In this document: positions 29,879-39,217 of the stretch, one piece after another
Numbering within the stretch: the stretch's first letter is position 1
How the letters are laid out: each line of letters starts with the position of its first letter
Assembly (NCBI RefSeq): GCF_028368995.1
Contig: NZ_JAQNDL010000001.1
Coordinates: 2,016,001-2,080,000, forward strand
Reading direction: 5' to 3'
Length of the DNA stretch: 64,000 bases
Origin: Nannocystis bainbridge
GTDB taxonomy: Bacteria; Myxococcota_A; Polyangia; Nannocystales; Nannocystaceae
Program-made: the position numbers and the translations under genes
Notes under the pieces: model-generated
Database searches by the model: none
Told to the model about the DNA's origin: nothing
Seen by the model: only the letters and a program-made list of their open reading frames with translations

Positions 29879-30497
29879 TACAATTCGCAGCGCGGCGCAT
29901 CGACTTAAAATGCACATTGACCGTGAGCAGCGCCGCTCATTTTGCTTACGCTGTTATGTCGTGACTCGGCGGCGCCGCGGCAGCGGCGGAACCACTATAA
30001 AGGACGCTGCCAGGGACGAGCCGCGCCGCCCTGTCCTCGCCTGCGCCCGCCCCCGAGGGCGCACGCGGCTTCACGGCCCGCGCCGCGCCGCGGCCGGGCT
30101 TGCGCGCACAGAAACGATCACCGGCCGATGAACCGGGGCCGCGATTGCGCATTCGCGGTGACGCGAATGCACAGAGCGTCCGCGTCGGCTCGGAGCTGCG
30201 CGCCGAGCCGATCGCGCGGGCGACGTCGAATCCCCTGAATCGGAGAGTACAACCATTATGGGCGCCTGGGGGCGCCTGGGCGCGCCCGGGCGCGCCCGGG
30301 CGTTCGAATGGGTGAGCGCGCTTTCGGGGTGACCTTGTCAGGCGATTTAAATAGGTGGTTGGCGCTTGACGGAAAGCGGGAGAACCAGCAATATCACGGC
30401 GGACGGGCCGCGTGTCGCGTGTCCGGCGATCCATTCGATTCTCATCGACGCCGCGTCGGTGTCAGGCCGTTGCGCCGCGATCATGAAGGAGCATCCC

Positions 30498-31127
30498 GTG
30501 CCATTCACAATGTATCGAGCCGACACCCGTACCCCAGGAGAGATCAAGAAAGCCGGGGGGTTCCAGGCCAAGGTCCCGCTGACCGTGGCGCAGGCCCAGG
30601 GCTTGATCCGACGCGTCTCTATCGACGCGAACTCCCCCGTCGACATCCCGCACCGGGCGATGGAGCTCAGGGACGCCTTCGCGGATCCCGCAATGGCCGG
30701 GAAGCTCTTCGGCCTCCTCGCCCTCTACCAGGGGATCCGCAAGGGGAAGAGCGGGACGACTGTGCACATTTCGACTTCGGCGAACCAGGGCACCGGCGGA
30801 TACGACGGCAACATCTACGAGATCGTGACGCCGTTCGATCAGCTCTACGAGACGCCGGCAAAGCGAAATGGCCTCGGCGATCCCCGGCTGGTGGCGTCGT
30901 ACGAGGACATGGCGAGAGGCGTCAACCCGAGCATCCTCACCGATCGTGACAATATCGACAGCGCAGCCGAGCTGATCGCCGTCTACAATTCCGGGCAGGG
31001 CTCGCAGGAGGTGGCGTTCTTGACCGACATCCCCCTGAAGTGGATCGAGCGCGTCAAGCTCGACGGCTCCCGGGATTGGCAGATGATGTCGGCCGTGCTC
31101 GCCGGGTCGTCGTCGGCCACGTCGTAA
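30498..31127 (+). CDS. ADP-ribosyltransferase of the cholera/pertussis (R-S-E) fold
   Basis: YRADTRTP.EI..AGGF, ISTS, IYEI, QEVAF...IP..WI; RBS AAGGAG before GTG 30498. Confidence 0.8.
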   Translation: MPFTMYRADTRTPGEIKKAGGFQAKVPLTVAQAQGLIRRVSIDANSPVDIPHRAMELRDAFADPAMAGKLFGLLALYQGIRKGKSGTTVHISTSANQGTGGYDGNIYEIVTPFDQLYETPAKRNGLGDPRLVASYEDMARGVNPSILTDRDNIDSAAELIAVYNSGQGSQEVAFLTDIPLKWIERVKLDGSRDWQMMSAVLAGSSSATS

Positions 31128-31682
31128 GATCGGCACGACGTGCGCTCAGCCGGCTCGAAGAGGCATGATCGTCGAGGCGTCGAGCTCGCGACGCCCCGAG
31201 GCCCATGACGCAGACCCGCTCGTGAACCCCGGCGCCTCGGTCGGCAGGTGCCGTCGACCCGGGCGCGATGGGCACGCCTCGGCGGGCAAAGACAAGGGAG
31301 GGCCGAGCGCGGTTCCGGAGCCAGCGCGGTCCACCGATGGCTCGCATGGATCGCCGCGCCCTGCAGCCTGGCGGGCGACCATTCCGCCGAATTTGAACAT
31401 CGGGAGGCTCCTCGTTTCTCGGGTGGGCTGTCCTGCGACCGCTCATTGCGGGTGTCTCGGTGGATCGGGCCGCTCCGTCCAGGCTCGTCGGAGGATGACC
31501 AGCCAGCGCGACGCCCACGGGTGAAGAGCGACGGCCGTCCCGTTGCGATCCAAAATTCTTCGATCTTTTTTCTCGCCCTTCGAATGGCTCATCTTCGCGC
31601 CGGGGCAGGGCGAATCGACCCCATCTCGATCGAGCTCGTTCACCCCGCAACCGCCGCCGCGCCCCCGGCATCCGGCGCGCCC

Positions 31683-33293
31683 TCAAGGCTCGCCGGGCCA
31701 CGTCTGCAGCGAGCCGCTCGGCGAGCCGTCGTGGATCCGCGGCCAGCCGTTCTCCCACCACACCCGATCGACCAGCACCGTCCTGCCCTTGCCCCCGTCT
31801 TGGGTGCCGTTCCCGGCGTTCGTCCACGCGTGATAGACGAAATAATCGAGCCCGCCGACCGGCAGCAGCGTGCCGTGGCCCGGCCCGACCCACCGATCGT
31901 TGTTGACGAGGATCGGCGGCCCCAGCTTCTCATAAGGCCCGAGCAGCGACGCCGAGCGGGCGACGCCGGTGCGGTAGCGGTGATCGTAGACGTTGCCGCT
32001 GTACAGCAAATAATAGTAGTCGTCGCGCCGCACGATCCACTGCGCCTCGACGACCCCGCCCTCCCACGAATTGGGGTCGTTCGTCAGGATCTGCACCGGC
32101 TCGTCGGCGAAATCCAGGCCATCGGGGGTGAGCTGGCGGATGAAGATCGGCGTCGGCTGGCCCTGCGAGTTGCCGTCGATCTTGTAGGTGAGATAGGGGA
32201 CGCCGGCATCCTCGTAGAAGCTGGCGTCGATGACCCCGAGCGGATGCTCGACCAGCGGACCGGGGCGCTCGGTGTAGGGCCCGAGCGGGTCGTCGGCGTA
32301 GGCGGCACCGATGCTGAGCACGTTGCCGCCGTTGACCGTGGTGAAGTACGCCATGTACTTGCCGCCGACGCGGTGCAGCTCGGGTGCCCAGTTGCGATTG
32401 CCGTTGGCGGCCCACGCCGGCTTGCCGTTCGGCAGCACCGCGGCGCCGGTGTCGTTCCACAGCACGAGGTCGCGCGAGTGGCGGATCGGGAACGAGCCGC
32501 CGGTGCACACCATGTAAAAATGCGGGCCGTCGGGCTGTTCGACGCCGAGCACGCCGGGGTCGGGGCAATCGAACGGGATCACGGGGTTGCCGTACGGGGG
32601 CTTGGGCGGGCGCAGCTCGGCGGGCGGCTCGGCGGCGAGCAGGTTGTCGAGCGGGATGACCTGCTCGGCGATGGCGTCGCTCGACCACAACAGGCGGGCC
32701 GACGCCTCGATGTCGATCTCGAAGTAATCGACGCGGATCGCCGCCGGCACCCCGGCCGTCAGCTCGACCGACGCCTCGTTGCGAGTGACGAAGTGGGGGA
32801 TCCAGTCATCGATCACCAGGGCGTCGTCGACCCACACGCGCACGCCGTCGTCGGTCTCGGTGATGATGGTATAGGTGCCGGTCGCGGGCGCGAGCAAAGA
32901 GCCGGTCCAGCGGATCGAGTGACGATCGACCGGGAGCGACGGATCGGGCGCGTCGAGGCCCCACACGAAATCGAGGCCAGGGTCGATGCGCGTCATCACC
33001 GGATCGATGTAGGTGGCGAAGTATTCGGCCCGCAGGCCGTTCACCGGCGGCGGCGGTTCGCTGGTCGAGCTGTCGCTGGTCTCGCTGGTCTCGCTGGTCT
33101 CGCTGGTGCTGGCCTCGGTCGGGCGCCCGGTGGTGGTGGTGGGCTCGGTCTCCGCGGTGCCGGTCTGCGCGTCGGTGGCAGCACCCGTCGAGGTCGTGGT
33201 GTCGGCCGTCGCCGCGGACGTGGATGAGCCGGCGTCGCTGCAGGCGAGCACGGTGAAGACAGGGGCGAGCGCCGCGAAGCTGCGTGGGTGCAT
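31683..33293 (-). CDS. GH43 glycoside hydrolase with PA14 domain, lipoprotein
   Basis: Lipobox VLAC, Thr/Ser linker, PA14 (GLRAEYF, SIRWTG, DDGVRVWVD), GH43 (PDP, WAPE, ID, VVEA, GPGH). Confidence 0.9.
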   Translation of the reverse strand: MHPRSFAALAPVFTVLACSDAGSSTSAATADTTTSTGAATDAQTGTAETEPTTTTGRPTEASTSETSETSETSDSSTSEPPPPVNGLRAEYFATYIDPVMTRIDPGLDFVWGLDAPDPSLPVDRHSIRWTGSLLAPATGTYTIITETDDGVRVWVDDALVIDDWIPHFVTRNEASVELTAGVPAAIRVDYFEIDIEASARLLWSSDAIAEQVIPLDNLLAAEPPAELRPPKPPYGNPVIPFDCPDPGVLGVEQPDGPHFYMVCTGGSFPIRHSRDLVLWNDTGAAVLPNGKPAWAANGNRNWAPELHRVGGKYMAYFTTVNGGNVLSIGAAYADDPLGPYTERPGPLVEHPLGVIDASFYEDAGVPYLTYKIDGNSQGQPTPIFIRQLTPDGLDFADEPVQILTNDPNSWEGGVVEAQWIVRRDDYYYLLYSGNVYDHRYRTGVARSASLLGPYEKLGPPILVNNDRWVGPGHGTLLPVGGLDYFVYHAWTNAGNGTQDGGKGRTVLVDRVWWENGWPRIHDGSPSGSLQTWPGEP

Positions 33294-33512
33294 CGCCGCG
33301 GATGCTACTCAAGGCAGGGTCGAGATTCGGGCGTCTGCTGATGCAGCCCGTGCAGACCCGATCACCCCATCAGCCAGTCATGGGGGGCGATGCCAGGGCA
33401 CTCGTCCCGTCATTCGACCCGATGTTTCCTGCCCACACCCTGGTGCTGCGAAAGCGACAGGCCCGCTTCGCGTGGGTCCCGTTCGTGAATCTCAGCAGCG
33501 TATGGGCATACG

Positions 33513-34307
33513 CTAGCGCACCACTTCGAACATCCCGTCGATACGGCTGATGAACACCGGCAGCGACCACGCGTTGCCATCGGCCGCCTGGCCACGGAGC
33601 ACGGGTTGGTCGTCGCGCGTGCGCGGCTCGACCACCCGACCGTCGCAGCACAGGTGCAGCACGATGTCGTCCGGGCGCAGCGGCTCGACCGTCCACGCGT
33701 TGTCCTTCGCCAGCTCCGTGAACTGCTCCTGCAGCCCTGCGCGGGCCGCCGCGGGCGTCATCCCGTAGAGCGGCGCCAGCTCGGCGAACTTGATGCGCAG
33801 GCGCGACAGCAGCCCCGGGATGTCGCCCAGCGACAGATCGGCGTGCAGCGCGTCGAGGAACATCAGCAGCTCCGCGGTGGTCGCCGCGTCCAGCTTCATC
33901 GGCGTCGCCGTCTGCCAGGCCCACGTCGGTCCCCGCGGCAGGCGAAACTCGTACGCGATCCGCAGCGGCAGCGTCGGCGGCGGGTCGTCGGGCAGCGGCG
34001 CCCACGTCAGCCCGTCGATCGGCACGTCCTCCCCGGCCGGCACGATCTCCCCGAGCGGACCGACGCAGCGCTGCACGATCAACCGGCGCGGCGACAGCGG
34101 ATCGACGATCGCGCCCGGCGGCGCGATCGCGTCGACGCGGACCGCGATCTCGTTGTCGCCGCTGACGAGCCACTCGCTGACCGAGGGGATCGCGGTGTAC
34201 GGCGCGTCGACCGGGGTGCGCAGGATCGGCGCGCGGTTGACGAACACCTCGCAGGCGTAGCCGTGGATCGAGACGTTGAGATAATCGACGGTGGACACGA
34301 TCGTCAC
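33513..34307 (-). CDS. Hypothetical protein, putative immunity protein
   Basis: GTGA overlap with the upstream gene's stop at 34304-34307; function inferred from position. Confidence 0.6.
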   Translation of the reverse strand: MTIVSTVDYLNVSIHGYACEVFVNRAPILRTPVDAPYTAIPSVSEWLVSGDNEIAVRVDAIAPPGAIVDPLSPRRLIVQRCVGPLGEIVPAGEDVPIDGLTWAPLPDDPPPTLPLRIAYEFRLPRGPTWAWQTATPMKLDAATTAELLMFLDALHADLSLGDIPGLLSRLRIKFAELAPLYGMTPAAARAGLQEQFTELAKDNAWTVEPLRPDDIVLHLCCDGRVVEPRTRDDQPVLRGQAADGNAWSLPVFISRIDGMFEVVR

Positions 34308-35929
34308 AGGATGGTTCGGGACCAGATCGGCCGCTTTTCCCACAGCGTGGCCGACTTCGTCACGCTGAAGAACAGCTTGCTCTTGGCGGTGAAGGTGCCC
34401 TTGCCGGCGGAAAGGTCGAGGTTGGCCTTGAGGGCGAACGGGGCCAGCTCCATCACCGCGGCGCCCTCGAAGCCGGCGTTGATCTTGCCGACCACCTCGA
34501 CCCAGTCGCCGAGCGCCCCGCGGACCCCGATCTCGCCGCCGACCGCCGGCGGCACCGTGACCGTCGCCGCCGGCCCGGTGCGGTCGGGGTTGGCCTCGCG
34601 CGTGAACGTCAGCTTGAGCTCACCGGTCACCGCCCCGTACACCTGGGCCTTGGCGCTCAGCAGCTCGAGGCCGAACGCGATCTCGGCCTTGGCCGACACC
34701 AGCGTCAGCGCCACCTCGACCTTGTAATAGCGGTAGACGGTGTGATTCTTCGGCCACTCTTTATAGCCCCACTCGTACTCGAGGCTGCCGGCGAACACCT
34801 CGACCTCGACCGAGAAGGTCCAGCCGATCTTCGGCATGCGGTTGGCGATCGCCTTGAAGAACTCGATGAGCCCGAGGATCTGCTTGCGCAGGGTCAGCAG
34901 GAACTCGATGAACTCGGCGGCCTTGAACGACTGGGTCCAGTCGGCGCCGTTGCGCGTGAACGTGAAGCTCTTGGCGGTCGACAGCGCGCGGCCGTCGGGC
35001 GCGTCGCTGCCCTCGTACTTGTCGGACGAGTAGTCGCGGCCGCGGATCGTGCCGAGCTGCTGGGTCTGCGTCACCGTGCCGTGGCGGTTGCCGACCGACT
35101 CGGTGCGGCGATACAGCTCGGTGTTGCCGGTCGTCCGCATCTCCTCCTTGGTCGACTGCGACGTGCGCGCGAGCCCGCGGGTGTCGCTGCTCGAGCTCGA
35201 GCTGCCCTGGACCTTGCCCTCGCTGTAGCGCGAGTCGGCGCGCTCGCGCTTGCGCACCGACGGGATCTGCAGCCCGATCTTGAAGATGTCGGGCGGGTAG
35301 ACCGCGACCTTGTGCTTCCAGCTGTAGAACGCCTTCGGCTGCGGCGCCGGGCGGGCCCCGCAGGCCGCCATCGTGAACACCCACATCGCCGGCGGCGGGA
35401 AGAAGAACTGGCGCAGGCCGGCGAAGAAGCCGATGCGCGTGATGTTGGCGAGGCGGTTCTTGAACCAGTTGGGCTCGTACGAGACCGCGACCGCGTGCGT
35501 CGGTCCGCGCAGCACCTTGACCTCGCCGCGGCCCGCCGGCGGCTGGACCGTCAGCGCCGGGTGGCCGGGCGAGTAGCCGGGGCCGCCCGAGGCCTTGACG
35601 GTGATGGTGTCGGGCTCGATGACCTCGAACCTGTCGGTGACCGCCGGGTTGCGCTTGTTCGGCGAGTGCACCTGGTTGGTCATGATCTTGCCGCGACCCA
35701 TGTCGAGCCAGAACGCGACGCTCTTGATCTCCCGCTTGTCGGCGACGCCGCAGTGCTTGCAGCTGAACTCGAGCTTGTCGAAGTCGCACGGCGGGACCTT
35801 GCGCGGCTGCTGCTTCTGGCAGGTCGCGCACGGCTTGTTGGCCGGCTGACCGGCCTTGCTCTTCAGCGCCGGCGGCGGCGTCTTGCGCGGCGAGGGCCGG
35901 GCGGGTCTTTGGGCTGGTCTTTGGGTCAT
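34304..35929 (-). CDS. Hypothetical basic protein, putative secreted effector
   Basis: ATG 35929 (ATGA overlap); N-terminal CxxC...CxxC, Lys-rich, C-terminal Gly/hydrophobic beta-rich region. Confidence 0.6.
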   Translation of the reverse strand: MTQRPAQRPARPSPRKTPPPALKSKAGQPANKPCATCQKQQPRKVPPCDFDKLEFSCKHCGVADKREIKSVAFWLDMGRGKIMTNQVHSPNKRNPAVTDRFEVIEPDTITVKASGGPGYSPGHPALTVQPPAGRGEVKVLRGPTHAVAVSYEPNWFKNRLANITRIGFFAGLRQFFFPPPAMWVFTMAACGARPAPQPKAFYSWKHKVAVYPPDIFKIGLQIPSVRKRERADSRYSEGKVQGSSSSSSDTRGLARTSQSTKEEMRTTGNTELYRRTESVGNRHGTVTQTQQLGTIRGRDYSSDKYEGSDAPDGRALSTAKSFTFTRNGADWTQSFKAAEFIEFLLTLRKQILGLIEFFKAIANRMPKIGWTFSVEVEVFAGSLEYEWGYKEWPKNHTVYRYYKVEVALTLVSAKAEIAFGLELLSAKAQVYGAVTGELKLTFTREANPDRTGPAATVTVPPAVGGEIGVRGALGDWVEVVGKINAGFEGAAVMELAPFALKANLDLSAGKGTFTAKSKLFFSVTKSATLWEKRPIWSRTIL

Positions 35930-36276
35930 GTCTCCGCCGGGCTCTGGTAAAGGCTGCCGAGCAGCTCCATCGGCTCGGGCCACGATTGCAGCTCGTCGAG
36001 GTTGTGAAGCACGCCGATCGCGTCGTCGGAGTCGGCGAACCGCTCGTCGAAGCGCGACGCGACCTCGAGGTGGCGCAGCAGCGAGACCTCCTCGACCAGC
36101 CCGAGGGCGAGCCCGCGGTCCAGCCGGCGCTCGACCCACGCCGCCGCGACCTCGTCGCTGGCCTCGTCCCACCGCTCGGGGTGCGCGTCGCGGAGGTGAG
36201 CGACCGCCCCGACGACGAACCGCCGCCGCGACAGGGCCGTGAGGGCATCGATCTGCGGGCGACGGATCTTGAGCAT
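35926..36276 (-). CDS. Small protein resembling the C-terminal extension of DUF4123 T6SS chaperones
   Basis: MLKIRRPQIDAL....RRRFV...VAHLR..HP pattern; translationally coupled to the next gene. Confidence 0.55.
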   Translation of the reverse strand: MLKIRRPQIDALTALSRRRFVVGAVAHLRDAHPERWDEASDEVAAAWVERRLDRGLALGLVEEVSLLRHLEVASRFDERFADSDDAIGVLHNLDELQSWPEPMELLGSLYQSPAET

Positions 36277-36495
36277 GCGCAGCAGCCAGGCGGCGGGCCT
36301 CGACCATAGCGAACGGCTCCGCGTCCGCCTACAGCGTTCTGAGGGGTGCAGGGCGCGATACCGCGACGCGCTGGCCACGCTGCGCGCGTCGCATCGCGCC
36401 GGCACGACGACGCCGCGCTCGCGCCAGCGCTCCGCCGCGCCGCAGCGACCCGCCTCGCGCGGCGACGAGCGACCCGGTGTTACGATCGCACGGTC

Positions 36496-36963
36496 ATGCG
36501 TCCGCAGATCGTCCTCATCGCGTCGCTCCTGGCCCTGCCCGCCGCCGGCTGCGAGTCGCAAGCTTGCACCCTGATCGGCTGCGTCGGCACGTTCGCCGTC
36601 TTCCTCGAGCGCGCGGCCTGGACCGCCGGCGAGTACACGGTCACGGTCGTCGCCGACGACGAGACGATCGCATGCACGGCCACGCTGCCGCTGCAGTGCG
36701 ACGCGCCGCCCGCCTGTCCCGAGGCGTCGCAGCTGACCCTCGGCGTCGAAGGCTGCAAACTCCCGCCGGCCCAGCACAAGCTCGGCAACCTCGAGTTTCG
36801 CCAGGGCAAGGCGCCCAAGTCGGTGTCGGTGCAGGTCCACCAGGACGACGTGCTGCTCGGCGAGGGCACCTACACACCGGACTACAGCGAGTCACAGCCC
36901 AACGGCCCCGACTGCGGGCCGATCTGCGTCGGCGCCGAGGGGGTCACGCTCACGCTCAAGTGA
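36496..36963 (+). CDS. Cys-rich lipoprotein
   Basis: Lipobox AAGC, ACTLIGC, C-terminal PNGPDCGPIC. Confidence 0.75.
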   Translation: MRPQIVLIASLLALPAAGCESQACTLIGCVGTFAVFLERAAWTAGEYTVTVVADDETIACTATLPLQCDAPPACPEASQLTLGVEGCKLPPAQHKLGNLEFRQGKAPKSVSVQVHQDDVLLGEGTYTPDYSESQPNGPDCGPICVGAEGVTLTLK

Positions 36964-36978
36964 TGCCGTCTTCTTTTG

Positions 36979-37068
36979 GCATGTCTTTTCGAACATTCTT
37001 TAAAGAACATGTCCATCACGACATGTCCATCACGACATGTCTATTACGACATATTGCTACGAGATATC
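36979..37068. repeat. Tandem array of 14-bp units with ACATGT core (longest copy of a dispersed motif)
   Basis: Cores at 36979, 36993, 37007, 37021, 37035, 37049, 37063, each exactly 14 bp apart. Confidence 0.9.
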
Positions 37069-37207
37069 CATGGCGCAGGTTCCATTCGCCATGTCCCTTT
37101 CGCCCGGGGCGGACCCGCGGCGCGCGGTCCCGCGGACGCTCGCGCCCCGTGACGGCGATCGCCTCCCCGCTGCGTGAGCGCGCCGCGCCGGCGAGACGCT
37201 CCCATGT

Positions 37208-38257
37208 TTGGCGGAGCCCGTGCTCTCGCTCGACCCACTCGGCCCCGACGACCTCGACGAATCGCGCGAGCGGGCGCGCCTGGCCGCGCACGGCGGCGGC
37301 GGCGTGCTCTCGCCGTACGGCCCCGTCCGTCCGACCCTGCGGCCGCTGGTGCTCGTCCACGGCATCCACGGCCACCCGGGCGAGCTCGCGCCGGTGGCAG
37401 AGCACGTAAGGGCGACCGGCAGCGCCCAGCCGTATTTCTTCACCTACGACGATCTCGGGCGCTACCTCGATCGCAGCGGCGACGAGCTCGCGCGCGCCCT
37501 GGCGCAGCTCGCCTGTCACGCCCCGCGACCCGCGGTCGTGATCGTGGCCCACTCGATGGGCGGCATCGTCGCTCGCTGCGCGCTCAACTCGCTCGTCGAC
37601 CCGCGGTGGTTCCCGCTGTTCAGCCATCGCCGGCTGCGCCGCGGCAAGGTCCGCGTCCGCGGCAGCGCCGAGGCCGTGCGCGCGGGCGTGCGCCTCGAAG
37701 CCGCCTGCGCCGCCGACTTCGCCGCCGTCGACCTCCTCACCGTCGACACCCCGTGGTCCGGCTTCGCCGCGCCGCGCCTCGACCTGCGCAACTTGTGGCG
37801 GCGTCAGCGAAGCTGGGTCGACATGGTCTCCAACAGCACCGTGCTGACGCGCCTGCACGACGTCGCCTTGCCGTCGCATCTCCGGATCCACCATATCGAG
37901 GCCGATCAACCCGGCGCAGGCCTCGATCACGACAAGATTCGCACGCTCGGTGACCTCGACGACCGCGACCTCCTCCGCTTCCAGCGCGCGATCCTCGGCG
38001 AACGTGGCGCGCTCGGCCGCGACCCACGCCTGCGCAACATGTTCGCCGCCCTCGCTGGCGAACGCAGCTTCCCCATGCTCGCCGAGGGCCTGCGCGCGAC
38101 CGGCATCGTCGACGCCCCGGCGTTCCGCGCCGAGCTGCGGCGGGCCGTCCCGCGGCTCGCCGGCAGTCACACCTCCGTGCTGCAGAACACCGCCCTGTTC
38201 GCCCTGCTCGACGCATGGCTCGCCCGCGGCGCCATTGAAGTGCAGCGCCAAGCCTGA
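37208..38257 (+). CDS. Alpha/beta hydrolase
   Basis: LVLVHGIHG, nucleophile AHSMGG, C-terminal GSHT. Confidence 0.75.
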   Translation: MAEPVLSLDPLGPDDLDESRERARLAAHGGGGVLSPYGPVRPTLRPLVLVHGIHGHPGELAPVAEHVRATGSAQPYFFTYDDLGRYLDRSGDELARALAQLACHAPRPAVVIVAHSMGGIVARCALNSLVDPRWFPLFSHRRLRRGKVRVRGSAEAVRAGVRLEAACAADFAAVDLLTVDTPWSGFAAPRLDLRNLWRRQRSWVDMVSNSTVLTRLHDVALPSHLRIHHIEADQPGAGLDHDKIRTLGDLDDRDLLRFQRAILGERGALGRDPRLRNMFAALAGERSFPMLAEGLRATGIVDAPAFRAELRRAVPRLAGSHTSVLQNTALFALLDAWLARGAIEVQRQA

Positions 38258-38321
38258 CCCGCGGCCGTGAATTGACCGAGCTCTTACAATCGCCGCGCAG
38301 CCTGCCGACTACGGTGAGGGC

Positions 38322-39074
38322 ATGCCCCGCAGGACGCTCCTCCTCCTCCTCGCGCTCGCCGGCTGCCAGGCCTCGCCCTGCCCGCGTGAGGCCCCCACCG
38401 TCATCGCCTGGACCCCCGGCGAGCAGTCCGGCGTCGCCGTGCCAGGGCGCACCATCACCGTCGCCGGGGCGGCCGAGGTCCTCACGGCGCCCGACACCTT
38501 CGAGCTGACGATCGGCTTCGACCTCCAGGCCCCCGACCTCGCGCGCGCCCGCGACGACAGCCGCCTGCGCGCCCGCGCCCTGCTCGACGTCATCGCCAAG
38601 AGAGCGATCCCCGAGACCGACGTCCAGACCCAGGAGCTGTCGCTGCAGCCGCGCTACGAGAGCTACGAGCACCGCAAGATCGTCGGCTATCAGGCCACGC
38701 GGCTCATGGTCGTCACCTTGCACGACCTCGACGACGTCGAAGCTGTCCTTTACGACATGCTCGCCGCCGGGGCCAACCGCGTCGACCGGGTCCAGTTCTC
38801 GAGCAGCGCCACCGGCGAGAAACGGGCCGAGGCGCGCGTGCTCGCCGTCCAGGCCGCGCGCGACAAGGCCCAGGCCATGGCCGGCGCGCTCGGCCAGCTG
38901 CTCGGCGAGCCGCTGCGCGTCGAGGAGGTCACCCTCGATCCGTGGCGCCCGCCGACGATGAACAACATGGCCCTCAACAACGACTCGGTCGCGCAGATCG
39001 GCGAAACCGTGGCGAGCGGCCGCGTCCGCGTGCAGGCCAACGTGTCCGTCACCTTCGCGCTCGCGCACCAGTGA
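38322..39074 (+). CDS. SIMPL (DUF541) domain lipoprotein
   Basis: Lipobox LAGC; TITVAG.AEV...PD, IVGYQA, AGANRV, ARDKAQAMA, VSVTF. Confidence 0.88.
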   Translation: MPRRTLLLLLALAGCQASPCPREAPTVIAWTPGEQSGVAVPGRTITVAGAAEVLTAPDTFELTIGFDLQAPDLARARDDSRLRARALLDVIAKRAIPETDVQTQELSLQPRYESYEHRKIVGYQATRLMVVTLHDLDDVEAVLYDMLAAGANRVDRVQFSSSATGEKRAEARVLAVQAARDKAQAMAGALGQLLGEPLRVEEVTLDPWRPPTMNNMALNNDSVAQIGETVASGRVRVQANVSVTFALAHQ

Positions 39075-39217
39075 CCTGTCCTCGCGGACACATTGCGGTG
39101 AGCGTCGGCGTCTCCGCCCAAGCCCACAAACGACGGCGGCGCCGGTCCTGCCCACGACGGGCGGACCGGCAGCCCCTTTCTCCGGGCCCGTTCAACGTGC
39201 AGTGAAGGGCCGGTCCG

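Noticed and set aside
33061-33110. ctggtctcg tandem repeat
   Set aside because: Encodes the TSE-TSE-TSE low-complexity linker of the GH43 lipoprotein.
36979-37068. Possible CRISPR array
   Set aside because: The period is only 14 bp with 8-bp spacers, and there are no cas genes in the window.
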